A DNA stretch of 64,000 bases. Origin: an uncultured Thermoleophilia bacterium (GTDB taxonomy: Bacteria > Actinomycetota > Thermoleophilia > Gaiellales > Gaiellaceae). Both the position numbers and the translations under genes were made by a program. The stretch is taken from positions 13,865 through 77,864 of the forward strand of contig CAVRKG010000002.1 of the NCBI GenBank assembly GCA_963721955.1, in the 5' to 3' direction. Of the stretch, positions 53,344 through 63,086 are shown in pieces; the first letter of the stretch is position 1; every line of letters begins with the position of its first letter. Under the pieces are notes generated by a model. That model was not told the DNA's origin. It worked only from the letters and a program-made list of their open reading frames with translations, and made no database searches.

Positions 53344-54693
53344 CTAGGAGCCGGCCGCTGTGACCGTCTCGGGGCTCGGTGCGAACGATTCGGACGAGCC
53401 GTCGTACTTGGTGGCGCTCGCCTGATACATCGTGAAGCCGACCACGGCTCCCGCAGCATCCTGCGGATCGCCGTTCTCGTTGAAGGTGAACGTGCCGATC
53501 AGCCCGTCCACCACGTCCGCGGCGAACATCTGCTCGATCACGCTCGTCCGCGTTCCGTCGGATTCACCGATCGCCTTGACCAGGATCTGGGCGGCCTGGC
53601 CGCCGTAGATCGCGTACGGGTCGATCGAGAGCCCGCTCAACGCGCCTGCCTTGAGCTCCTCGATGAACGTCAGTGCGGCGCCCTGGAACTCGTCGATTGG
53701 CACACCGGCGATCGACATGTACATGCCCTCTGCCGCCGGGCCTGCCTCGTCGACCGTCGACTGCTGCGTGAAGCCGTCCGGCGTGTACAGCTTGACATCG
53801 CCGTTGTTCGGACCCAGCACGGCCACCTTGTCCTTGATCAGCTGGCCGCCGTTCTCGTCGGTGAGCCCGCCGAGGAAGACTGCGTCGGCACCGGTGCCCT
53901 GGATCTTCTTCATCAGCGCCTCGTAGCTCGAAGCCTTCGGATCCCAAGCGTCGAAGCCGGCGATCTCGATACCGAGCGACTCGGCCGCCTTGCGGAACGT
54001 CGTCGCCACGCCGAGGCCATACGCCTCCTTGTCGTTGAGCACGTAGACCTTCTTCGTGCCCTGCTTCTGCGCGAACTCGGCGACGAATGCGCCCTGGTAG
54101 TCGTCCGACGGAGCGACGCGTGCGTAGTTGCGCGACCCCGACGGGTAGTACTTGTCGGGCTCGGTCGCGTCACAGCCACCCGGAATGTTGACCGTGAGGC
54201 AGGTGTACGTGTTCGCCGGCGAGATCATGGCGATCCCTCCGTCCGGGGCCTGGTTCAGCACCGGGATGATGATCGCCGCACAGCCCGAGTTGAACGTCCC
54301 GATGACGCCGATGACCTTGTCGTTGGCGGCATAGGCGTTCGCGTTCTGGCTGCACTTGCCCGAGTCCCACTTGCCGGCCTGGGCGGTTGCGTCGTCGCAC
54401 GACTGGTAGCCGATGTTGTAGTCGCCGGCCTTCCAGTTGTTGTCCGTCAGCACCTGGCGGATCGCGGCGACGACCTGCTCCGACTGCACGCGCGACGAAC
54501 CCTGCAGCGGCATATCGGAAGCGATCAGGTAGTCGGGGTCGCCGTCACCCTCGTACTCGATTGCCGTGCAGGACGAGGATGGCAGCGCTTCGGGAGCGCC
54601 CCCGCCCCCATCTCCGCCGCAGCCTGCTGCGATGACCGCGAAGACGGCGATCAGCAGCCCAGCGAGGAACAATCCTTTTGTCTTGAGCTTCAA
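53344..54693 (-). CDS. livK: Branched-chain amino acid ABC transporter substrate-binding lipoprotein
   Basis: Lipobox IAAGC, GTFNSG, ISPANT, YGLG; TTG start after GGAGGGAAGG. Confidence 0.9.
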   Translation of the reverse strand: MKLKTKGLFLAGLLIAVFAVIAAGCGGDGGGGAPEALPSSSCTAIEYEGDGDPDYLIASDMPLQGSSRVQSEQVVAAIRQVLTDNNWKAGDYNIGYQSCDDATAQAGKWDSGKCSQNANAYAANDKVIGVIGTFNSGCAAIIIPVLNQAPDGGIAMISPANTYTCLTVNIPGGCDATEPDKYYPSGSRNYARVAPSDDYQGAFVAEFAQKQGTKKVYVLNDKEAYGLGVATTFRKAAESLGIEIAGFDAWDPKASSYEALMKKIQGTGADAVFLGGLTDENGGQLIKDKVAVLGPNNGDVKLYTPDGFTQQSTVDEAGPAAEGMYMSIAGVPIDEFQGAALTFIEELKAGALSGLSIDPYAIYGGQAAQILVKAIGESDGTRTSVIEQMFAADVVDGLIGTFTFNENGDPQDAAGAVVGFTMYQASATKYDGSSESFAPSPETVTAAGS

Positions 54694-54833
54694 CGTCCTT
54701 CCCTCCGTTCGTCGGACCAAGAAAGGCCAGGCATCCCGACGGGACACCCAGGCATCTGTGAGTGGCGCCAGTCTAGGGCAATTCGCCGCGACTTCAAGCC
54801 GCTCCTGCCTGCCCCAGCCGACCAGGGTAGCGA

Positions 54834-54917
54834 TGCCGAAGGGGGGAATCGAACCCCCACGCCCTTTCAGGCGCCGGATTTTGAGTCCGGTGCGTCTACC
54901 AGTTCCGCCACTTCGGC
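54834..54917 (-). tRNA. tRNA-Leu (anticodon CAA)
   Basis: GCCGAAG acceptor, GGTAGACGC D-arm, CCGGA-CTCAAAA-TCCGG anticodon arm, long variable arm, GGTTCGATTC T-loop; CCA not encoded. Confidence 0.95.
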
Positions 54918-55028
54918 CTGGGCCGGATCGTACCGCGGCGCGACCGGCGGCTCGGACCGCGCCTACCGCTCGAGCTCAGCAATTAGTATCGGCGACGAAC
55001 AAACGCGGCGGTGGAACGAGGAGGCGGA

Positions 55029-56177
55029 GTGCGGATCGGGATCCTGACGGGGGGCGGAGACGTGCCGGGCCTCAACCCGTGCATCAAGGCGGTCGTCAAC
55101 CGCGTCGCGCACGAGGGTCACGAGGTGATCGGCTTCCGGCGTGGCTGGGCCGCGCTGCTCGAGCACGACCCGGACGACCCCGCCTCCCGGGTGCATTTCT
55201 TCCTCGATCTCGATGCCAACGCGGTGCGAACGATCGATCGCACGGGGGGCACCGTCCTCCACACGTCTCGCACGAACCCGAGTCGGGTGCGGGCGAGGGA
55301 TGTTCCGCAGCATCTCGCCCACCGCATCGACGGGGACGGCCCGTTCGACTTCACTGATCACGCTCTCCGCGTGATCGAGTCGATGGGGATCGACGTGCTG
55401 ATCCCGATCGGCGGCGACGACACGTTGTCGTACGCGCTCCGGATGCACGAGGAAGGCGTGCCGGTGATCGCGATCCCGAAGACGATGGACAACGACGTCC
55501 ACGGAACCGACTATTGCATCGGCTTCTCGACCGCCGTCACCCGTGGGGTGCAGTTCATCCACAACCTCCGCACGTCGACCGGGTCGCACGAACGAATCGC
55601 CGTGATCGAGTTGTTCGGGCGCTACAGCGGCGAGACGTCGCTGATCACTGCCTACCTCGCCGGTGTGGATCGCGCCGTGATCTCCGAGATCCCGTTCGAC
55701 ATCGACAAGCTCGGACGGCTTCTGCTCGAAGACAAGCTCTCCAATCCGTCGAACTACGCGATGGTGACCGTCTCGGAGGGCGCGACACTCTCGGGCGGCG
55801 AGATGGTGCTGTCGGGAGAGGAAGACGCGTACGGGCACCGGAAGCTCGGCGGTATCGGCGAGCTGACGAGCGCGCTGATCAAGGAGCGCACCGGCCAGGA
55901 CGTCATCTACCAGCAACTCGGCTACCTGATGCGCTCCGGCAGCCCGGACTCGCTCGACCTGATGGTCGCGACGAACTACGCGGTGATGGCGGCCGACCTC
56001 GCCCTCGAGGGGTCCACGGGCCGCATGGTCGCGCTTCGCAACGGCACGTACACGTCGGTGCCCATCAACGCGACCCGCGAGGGTGTCCGCCGAGTCGATA
56101 CCGACGAGCTCTACGACGCCGAGGAATACCGGCCGAAGGTGCGACACGTGGCCGGAAAGCCGATGTTCCTGTATTGA
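55029..56177 (+). CDS. pfk: 6-phosphofructokinase, probable PPi-dependent
   Basis: [24 protein letters not shown]. Confidence 0.9.
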   Translation: MRIGILTGGGDVPGLNPCIKAVVNRVAHEGHEVIGFRRGWAALLEHDPDDPASRVHFFLDLDANAVRTIDRTGGTVLHTSRTNPSRVRARDVPQHLAHRIDGDGPFDFTDHALRVIESMGIDVLIPIGGDDTLSYALRMHEEGVPVIAIPKTMDNDVHGTDYCIGFSTAVTRGVQFIHNLRTSTGSHERIAVIELFGRYSGETSLITAYLAGVDRAVISEIPFDIDKLGRLLLEDKLSNPSNYAMVTVSEGATLSGGEMVLSGEEDAYGHRKLGGIGELTSALIKERTGQDVIYQQLGYLMRSGSPDSLDLMVATNYAVMAADLALEGSTGRMVALRNGTYTSVPINATREGVRRVDTDELYDAEEYRPKVRHVAGKPMFLY

Positions 56178-56187
56178 GTATCGCTGC

Positions 56188-57210
56188 ATGGTCATAGGCG
56201 TCCTCACCGCCGGGGGCGACTGCCCGGGGCTCAACGCGGTCATACGGGCTGTCGTGAGTCGCGCCGTCGTCACCCACGACATCGAGGTCGTCGGCATCCT
56301 CAACGGCTGGGACGGGCTGATGGACGGCCGGGTACGCCCTCTTGCGCGCGACGACGTCCGCGGCATCCTGCAGCGCGGCGGAACCATCCTCGGTACCTCC
56401 CGGCGCGACCCGTACGTCCACGGAGACGGCTACGCCTCGGTGCGAGGAACGTTGGAATCGAACGGTATCGACGCCGTCATCGTCGTCGGCGGCGACGGTA
56501 CGTTGCGGACGGCCCTCGCGTTGCAGAAGGAAGGCCTCGCAGTCGTGGGCGTACCGAAGACGATCGACAACGACATCAGCGGTACCGACCTGACCTTCGG
56601 GTTCGACACCGCCGTCTCCATCGCGACCGAGGCTCTCGACCGCATCTCGACGACGGCCGAGTCGCACAACCGAATCATGGTCGTCGAGGTGATGGGACGA
56701 TCGCAGGGCTGGATCGCCACGTACGCGGGCATCGCGGCCGGCGCCGATGCAATCCTCGTGCCGGAGCTCGAAAACGATCTCGAAGCGGTGGCCGAGACGA
56801 TTCGCACGCGGCACCGCCACGGACGCACGTACTCGATCGTCGTCGTCGCGGAAGGCTGCAAGCCTCCCGAGGGACGGGCGGTCAGTCATGACATCGATGC
56901 ATTCGGCTTCGAGCGGCTCGGAGGCGTCGGCTACGCGTTCGGAGCGGAACTGGAGCGGCTGACCGGGTTCGAAACGCGCGTGACGGTACTCGGCTATCTC
57001 CAACGGGGCGGCACCCCGACCGCGTTCGACCGTGTGCTCGCAACGCGCTTCGGAGTGGCCGCTGTCGACCTCGCCGCCGCCGGCAGGTTCGGTGAGATGG
57101 TCGCCCTCCGCGGCCCCGCCGTGATCGGCGTCCCGCTCGACGAGGCGTGCGCGCAGGTTCGCAGCGTCGACCCTGCTCTTCTCGACGCCGCACAGACGTT
57201 CTTCGGGTAG
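56188..57210 (+). CDS. pfkA: 6-phosphofructokinase, probable ATP-dependent (group III type)
   Basis: AGGDCPGLN, GGDGT, PKTIDND, EVMGR, LGYLQRGG. Confidence 0.92.
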   Translation: MVIGVLTAGGDCPGLNAVIRAVVSRAVVTHDIEVVGILNGWDGLMDGRVRPLARDDVRGILQRGGTILGTSRRDPYVHGDGYASVRGTLESNGIDAVIVVGGDGTLRTALALQKEGLAVVGVPKTIDNDISGTDLTFGFDTAVSIATEALDRISTTAESHNRIMVVEVMGRSQGWIATYAGIAAGADAILVPELENDLEAVAETIRTRHRHGRTYSIVVVAEGCKPPEGRAVSHDIDAFGFERLGGVGYAFGAELERLTGFETRVTVLGYLQRGGTPTAFDRVLATRFGVAAVDLAAAGRFGEMVALRGPAVIGVPLDEACAQVRSVDPALLDAAQTFFG

Positions 57211-57219
57211 GAGGAGAGC

Positions 57220-58050
57220 ATGCGGTATCCGAGACTCGTCGCGATCGATCTCGACGGAACGCTGCTCCGGTCGGATCAGACCGTCTCTCTCCGCTCGCGC
57301 AACGCCATCACTGCGGTTCGCGCCGTCGGTGTCGATGTCGTCATCGCCACTGCGCGCTCACCGCGGACGACGGTGGCTCTCGCCACTGCCGCGGGCATCG
57401 GCGGGCACGCAATCTGCGCCAACGGCGCCACGGTGTACGACCTCGACGGCGAACGAATCGTCACGCACCATCCGCTGCCGCACGAGACCGTGCATCGGCT
57501 CGTCCGCGAGCTTCGCGAACGGCTCCCAGGGATCGTCTTCGGCTGGGAGCACGAGCTCCGCTTCGGCAGCGAGCCCGCCTACGAGGCGCAGCGGAATGCG
57601 AAGTGGTGGCCGCGTCCGGAAGGGTCGTACGAACCGTGCGACCCGCTCGAGTGGAGATTGCCGATGACGAAGCTGCTGGCCCGGCTGCCGTCTGCCGATC
57701 TCGAACAGCTGCTCGCGGTGGCGGCCGAGATCGCCGGCCCGGAAGCGTCGACGACACTCGCCGGCGACGCGTTCGTGGAGGTAGCCGCCCCCGGCGTCGG
57801 CAAGGAGTCAGCGCTCGAGCAACTCGCCGCGAGCCGCGGCGTGGTCGCGGAGGAGGTGGTCGCATTCGGAGATCAGCTCACCGACCGGGCCATGATCGAG
57901 TGGGCCGGCCATGGTGTGGCAGTGGCGAACGCGCACCCGGCGGTGCTCGCGATCGCGGACGAGGTCTGCGCGTCGAACGACGAGGACGGCGTCGCGGTCG
58001 TGCTCGAACGAATCCTTCACTCGGTCAGCAAGGCGTCGGTCGGCGCGTAG
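57220..58050 (+). CDS. Cof-type HAD hydrolase
   Basis: DLDGTLL, ATAR, NGA, K, FGDQLTD, NDEDGVA. Confidence 0.92.
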   Translation: MRYPRLVAIDLDGTLLRSDQTVSLRSRNAITAVRAVGVDVVIATARSPRTTVALATAAGIGGHAICANGATVYDLDGERIVTHHPLPHETVHRLVRELRERLPGIVFGWEHELRFGSEPAYEAQRNAKWWPRPEGSYEPCDPLEWRLPMTKLLARLPSADLEQLLAVAAEIAGPEASTTLAGDAFVEVAAPGVGKESALEQLAASRGVVAEEVVAFGDQLTDRAMIEWAGHGVAVANAHPAVLAIADEVCASNDEDGVAVVLERILHSVSKASVGA

Positions 58051-59651
58051 TCGTCCGTGAGGACGGGAACGTCGTCGAACGGCACCCGACGGCTCCAGCG
58101 GTCGGCGATCGCCTTGTCGAGATCCGGAGCCTGCGGAGAGCTCTTCCTGATCGCCGCCCAGCGCTCCCTGAGAAACGCCTTCGATGGCGCTGCCGCGTCT
58201 GTTGCGACCAGGATCACGTTCCGTGGAGCCTCGGCGTCCGTGTCGTAGGCGGAGTCGAACACCGGGTACAGCAGAACGGTGGGAAACACCGATCGATAGG
58301 TCTTCGTCAGCGAGCGCAGGAGCTTCGAGCCGTCACCGGTCACCGATCCGATGATGTTGACGACGATGACCCCGCCGGGCACGAGGCGCTCACGCGCGAG
58401 CTGGAGGAACTCGTTCGTCGTGAGGTGAAACGGGATTGCGTCGGAGTAGAAGGCGTCGATGACGATGATGTCCCAGCGCTTGTCGTTGCGGGTCAGCCAG
58501 CGTCGTCCGTCATCGGTCGCGACGTCGAGGCGGGGATCGCGGGGCAGTTCGAACCACCGGTATGCGGCATCGACGACTTTCGGGTCGAGTTCGACGGCCT
58601 GAAGCTGCAGCTGCGGAAAATCACGCCACATTCGCTTCGGAGCCGAACCGCCACCGAGGCCGATGAAGAGGATGTCCGTGGCGGAGGGTCGATGCGCCAA
58701 TCCGAGTTCGAGGTAGTCCGTGTAGAGGAAGCGCGTGCGATACGGATCGGCCAGCCACATCCCGCTCTGGAACGAGCTGTCGAAGCGGAGGTAACGCGAG
58801 TCGGTGTCTTCGGCGACGACGAGCCGGTGGTACTGCGTGTCCCGCGCCTCACGCACCGTGAACGATGCGCCGAGGGCATCGAGCGACGCCGCGTCCAACG
58901 GCCCGGGTGTTCGTGCCTCACGCTGCCGGTACAGCGGCGACCAATTCTGTGCAGAGACGCCGCGGAGCTCACCGAGCCGGTCTCCTCCGAGCGAGAGCGT
59001 CAGCACCAGCGCCCCTGCGAGTGCTCCCGCAACGACGAGAGAGACAGACCGGAGGCGAAGCGAAAGCGTGACGACGAATGCGGCGACGAGGAGAGCCACG
59101 GCCCCCACGCCGAGAACCTGTTCCGTGCCGAGCTCGGGAACGAGCCAGAATGCAGTAACGAATGTTCCGAAGATGCTGCCCGCCGTCGAGATGGAGAAGA
59201 GGCGTCCCGCAGTCCGCCCGAGGTGCTCGAGCGACGTCGCTGCGAGTCGGACGGCGACGGGCGTTGCAGACGCGAGGACGATGCTCAGCGGCCCGAAGAG
59301 GGCGGCAGCTGCCAGGAGGGGATCGAGGCGCGGCCCGGGATCCCAGGCGACGATCCACCCCAAGATGGTCTGGTCGAGGACGGGAACGAGCGACACGAGC
59401 CCCGCCCCGACCGCGAGGACGGAGACGAGGAGATACGGGCTCGGCATCCGGTCGGCGGCGACACCCCCGATCCAGTAGCCGATCGCGAGACCCGTGAGCA
59501 CGATTCCGATCAGCGACCCCCAGACGTACAGCGAGCTCCCGAATGTCGGGGCGAGAACGCGGCTCGCAGTGATCTCGACGCCGAGCAGGACCGCGCCCGA
59601 GAGAAAGACGGCGATTCCGATGGCGGTTTCAGTTCGGCGCTCGGAGCTCAT
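58017..59651 (-). CDS. Fused MFS-like/spermidine-synthase-like membrane protein
   Basis: About 7 TM helices (PTFGSS..VW, STAGSIFG), then IGLGGG, VELD, DDGR, IDAF, LTDDYAP. Confidence 0.85.
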   Translation of the reverse strand: MSSERRTETAIGIAVFLSGAVLLGVEITASRVLAPTFGSSLYVWGSLIGIVLTGLAIGYWIGGVAADRMPSPYLLVSVLAVGAGLVSLVPVLDQTILGWIVAWDPGPRLDPLLAAAALFGPLSIVLASATPVAVRLAATSLEHLGRTAGRLFSISTAGSIFGTFVTAFWLVPELGTEQVLGVGAVALLVAAFVVTLSLRLRSVSLVVAGALAGALVLTLSLGGDRLGELRGVSAQNWSPLYRQREARTPGPLDAASLDALGASFTVREARDTQYHRLVVAEDTDSRYLRFDSSFQSGMWLADPYRTRFLYTDYLELGLAHRPSATDILFIGLGGGSAPKRMWRDFPQLQLQAVELDPKVVDAAYRWFELPRDPRLDVATDDGRRWLTRNDKRWDIIVIDAFYSDAIPFHLTTNEFLQLARERLVPGGVIVVNIIGSVTGDGSKLLRSLTKTYRSVFPTVLLYPVFDSAYDTDAEAPRNVILVATDAAAPSKAFLRERWAAIRKSSPQAPDLDKAIADRWSRRVPFDDVPVLTDDYAPTDALLTE

Positions 59652-61029
59652 TCAGAGACGGTAGACGCTGACCCACGGCCCCGCGAGCCCGGACTCGCTC
59701 GGGAAGACCGAGAACGCCGGCCTCGTGCCGTGGCCGAGCCGCTCGTAGAACAGGGTTTCACGCGGATAGCGGTCGGGCACGGCGAGGACCCGATCGGTGA
59801 CGGCCCCGGAGATGATCACCCATTTCACCCCCTGCTCACGGAGTCTCGCGAGATCCCGCTCGGGATCGGACGGCCGCCCGGGGCCGGGGAGCTCGAGCCG
59901 AACGACACGACGCCCGATCGAGCGGCAGTGTCGATGGGTCGGCTGCGATCAGGTCCGCCGACGGCACATGCGTGGCGACCCACGCCTCCGCTCGGATACG
60001 CGTATCGGTGCGCGTGAGCTCGCGCGCGTCCGAGATGCTCCAGGCGAGCGGCACCGCCAGCGCCACCAGGGCGACCGGCACTGCGATCCGCACGCTGCCC
60101 GCGAGCACGGCGAGCACGGGCACGAGCGGAAGGACGTAGCGCTCGAAATGCGCCTCCTGCGGCATCAGCGTGAGCCAGTACGCCGCGGCGAATGAGAGTA
60201 GGACGAGGTCGGTCCGGCTGCGCCGCGCGAGCGCCACGGCGAGCCCGAGCAACGCCACGAGGAGGGCCGGGCCGAGCACCTCCCAGAGGCGATCGGCGTA
60301 GGCGAGCGGCGTCAGCGGGTCGTCTTCGAACCCCAGCCAGCCGGCGCGGGCGAGCCGCTGCACGCGGGTGATGTCCTCCCAGGCCGCACCGGCATGGATC
60401 ACGACGAACGGGCTCGTCAACGCGAACCCGGCAACTGCGAGAGCAGCCGCGCGGCCGAGCGCGCGCCATCTCCCCCATCCCGCAACCGCGACGGGGACGG
60501 CTGCGATGAGTCCCGGATACTTGGCCGACGCGGCGAGGCCGACGGCGAGACCCGCCCACTCGATCCGGCCGGAGACGGCGAGCGCGAGCACACAGGTGAT
60601 CGCCAGTGTCAGGAGGACGTCGGTGACCGCCATGCGCGAGTACGCGACGTGCGTCGTGGCGACTGCGACGGCCGCGGCCCCGACGATCGCCGCGCCGGCA
60701 CCGTAGGCACGCCGGCCGAGCCACCAGGTGGCGACGACCCCGGCGAGGCCGATCGCCACGACGACGAACCGAGCAGCGAGGAACGACGGCGAGCCGAAGA
60801 ACGCCTGCACGGGCGCCAGCAACCCGAGGAGGAGCGACGGATAGTCGTACCACCCCGGATCGGGGTGGCCCTGCCCCATGTGCCAGGCGCGGGGAACGAT
60901 GTTCGACTCGTCCGGGTTGAGGACGGGCAACGGGAGCCCGTAGCGAATTCCGACGAGCCGGAGCCCGCCCGCCAGCACGAGGATCAGCGCCAGCGCGACC
61001 CTCGGGTCAAACCTCCGGAGGCGTGTCAC
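59652..61029 (-). CDS. Glycosyltransferase family 39 (ArnT/PMT, GT-C) (+1 frameshift near 59917)
   Basis: NPDE loop, YP, SAKY, RYVLP. After the shift the frame runs to TGA at 59652-59654, abutting the next ATG. Confidence 0.82.
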
Positions 61030-61579
61030 CCACGAGCGACCCCACGTCGCTGCCGGAGACGATGACTGCGTCCACGCCGGCCCGCTCGAGCTCGTCGACG
61101 TCGTAGCGGCTGGCCGCCGAGAGCTCGGCGATCGCGAGCTTCCCGGCAGGAATGTCGGGGAGCAACCGGAGCACGTGTTCGAGATGACCCTCGCCTTCGT
61201 CGGCATCGTCGGCGGAGAGCAGGAGGATCTCGGGATCGACGAGCTGGAGCACTTCCTCGAGCTGCTCCTCGTCCCGCACGCGGAGGACGCACTCGAAACC
61301 CGAGGCGTGGGCAGCGTCGACGGCGTCCTGCAACGCCGAGCCGTGCTCGGCAATGTCGAACACGAGCGCGTCGACGTCACCGGCGTCGCCCTGCCGCCCG
61401 AACGAGAGCAGCGGCAACTGTGTCCTCCCTCTGAGCTCGTTCGTCCCACGGTGGACGACCAGTCCCTCCGCCCCCTGTTCCTGGGCGGTTCGCGCTCCTA
61501 GGTCGTCGGTGACTTCGACGAGCACGGAGATCCCGCCGCCCTCCGCGATGGCCTGGCTCAGACGCCGTGCACCCGTCAC
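61007..61579 (-). CDS. Degenerate indole-3-glycerol-phosphate synthase (TrpC)-like TIM barrel, ~190 aa
   Basis: Overall IGPS pattern (RLSQAI...ISVLVEV; AHASGFECVLRVRDEEQL; LLPDIPAGKLAIAE; LERAGVDAVIV) without the catalytic motifs. Confidence 0.65.
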   Translation of the reverse strand: MTGARRLSQAIAEGGGISVLVEVTDDLGARTAQEQGAEGLVVHRGTNELRGRTQLPLLSFGRQGDAGDVDALVFDIAEHGSALQDAVDAAHASGFECVLRVRDEEQLEEVLQLVDPEILLLSADDADEGEGHLEHVLRLLPDIPAGKLAIAELSAASRYDVDELERAGVDAVIVSGSDVGSLVGDTPPEV

Positions 61580-61648
61580 GGTGGGGGATGGTACTCGGAT
61601 CGGCTCGCCGGGTGCGGAACCGACCCGCAGATTCCGTAGGCTGGCACG

Positions 61649-62194
61649 GTGGCCGCCACCGTCAAGCGCGTCTGCCTGCTCGGCGCGGAGTCCACCGGGA
61701 AGACCACGCTCGCCCGCTCCCTCGCGCGTGCCTACGACACCGTCTGGAACCCGGAGTACGGACGCCCGTACACCGAGCTCGGCCGCGAGCCGGGAACGCC
61801 GTGGTCGAGCGTCGAGTTCACGCACATCGCGCGCATCCAGTGCTGGTACGAGGATTGCCTCGCGGGCTCCGCTCGCGGTGTCATCTTCTGCGACACCGAC
61901 GCCTTCACGACCTCCCTCTTCCACGAGGTGTACCTCGGAACCAGCACGCACGCGTTCGACGAGTTGATCGAACGACCATACGACCTCCACGTCGTCTGCG
62001 GACTCGACGTGCCGTGGCGCCACGACGGGGCCAGGGAGTTCGAGGCGCAGCGGCTGTGGATGCACGAGCGCTATCTGGAGCACGCGCGGGCGAGTGGCTC
62101 GCCGTGGCTGCTGGCCGAGGGATCGCAGGACGAGCGCCTGAGAGCGACCCGACTCGCAGTCGACGACCTGCTCCTCTCGGAAGCGCCGATCTGA
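61649..62194 (+). CDS. NadR/Ttd14-type AAA_28 ATPase (ribosylnicotinamide-kinase-like domain)
   Basis: GAESTGKTT, PEYGR, FCDTD, VPWRHDGAR. Confidence 0.85.
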   Translation: MAATVKRVCLLGAESTGKTTLARSLARAYDTVWNPEYGRPYTELGREPGTPWSSVEFTHIARIQCWYEDCLAGSARGVIFCDTDAFTTSLFHEVYLGTSTHAFDELIERPYDLHVVCGLDVPWRHDGAREFEAQRLWMHERYLEHARASGSPWLLAEGSQDERLRATRLAVDDLLLSEAPI

Positions 62195-62291
62195 CCGCCC
62201 GCCGCCACTTGCCGCCGCCACGGGAACCCCGGCGCCCGGCTGAAGCCGGGCACCACGCGCCACCGCCCCGCCCCGACGGCCCTGGAGCGGA

Positions 62292-63086
62292 CTACGTCCC
62301 GACCGGGTGCCAGACCGTCTTCAGTTCGAGGAGGGCCGAGATCTCCCAGGGGCTCTGCTCGTTGCCCCCGCGCACGACGCGCTTGACGTTGTCGGCGGAG
62401 AGCCGTTCGAGCTCGGTCGCCTCGTCACCTGCACCGGTGAGATCGATCGCGTTGACGTCCATGTGCGAGGCGAGGACCGGCGCGAGCTCGGAGCGGAAGC
62501 CCGTCAGGAAGTTGAGAACACCGCCCGGAAGGTCAGACGTGGCGACCGCCTCCGCGAGCTCGAGCGCAGCGAGTGGCGTCGTTTCCGACACGACCACGAC
62601 AGCGGTGTTCCCACTGACGATCGCGGGCGCGATCCGCGACACCAGCCCGTCGAGCGCCGGCGCCTCGGGCGCCAGGATCGCGACGACGCCGGTCGGCTCC
62701 GGCACGGTGAAGTTGAAGTACGGCCCTGCGACCGGGTTCGAGCCACCGAGCACCTGCGGCAGCTTGTCCGCCCAGCCTGCGTACCAGACGACCCGATCGA
62801 TCGCCCGCTCGACCTCGCGTCGACCCGAGCAGGCGCGCGCGAGATCGGCCGCTCGTGTCTCCATCATCTCGGCGAGCCGGTAGAGCACCTGGCCGCGGTT
62901 GTACGGGGTCGCTCCGGCCCAGGACGCGAAGGCGCCGCGAGCTGCCTTGACGGCGTCACGCGCGTCCTTGCGGGACGCGCGGGCGACGTTCTGCCCCTCG
63001 GCCTCGTACGTTCGGCCCGACTCGGAGCGCGGGAACGCACCGCCGATGTAGAGCTTGTACGTCTTCCGGACCACGATTCGACTCAT
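62292..63086 (-). CDS. Short aldehyde dehydrogenase family protein (NAD-binding part only)
   Basis: KTYKLYIGGAFPRSESGR, YAGWADK, EPTGVV, ELKTVWHP; no catalytic-Cys domain. Confidence 0.88.
   Translation of the reverse strand: MSRIVVRKTYKLYIGGAFPRSESGRTYEAEGQNVARASRKDARDAVKAARGAFASWAGATPYNRGQVLYRLAEMMETRAADLARACSGRREVERAIDRVVWYAGWADKLPQVLGGSNPVAGPYFNFTVPEPTGVVAILAPEAPALDGLVSRIAPAIVSGNTAVVVVSETTPLAALELAEAVATSDLPGGVLNFLTGFRSELAPVLASHMDVNAIDLTGAGDEATELERLSADNVKRVVRGGNEQSPWEISALLELKTVWHPVGT

Noticed and set aside
54690-54755. 21-codon uORF (MPGCPVGMPGLSW...) whose stop overlaps the livK start, as a possible attenuator peptide
   Set aside because: It has no run of Leu/Ile/Val codons and no RBS, so it is probably a chance ORF.
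54834-54917. tRNA as an integration site for a genomic island
   Set aside because: No integrase, no duplicated tRNA 3' end and no obvious compositional shift; the flanks are housekeeping genes.
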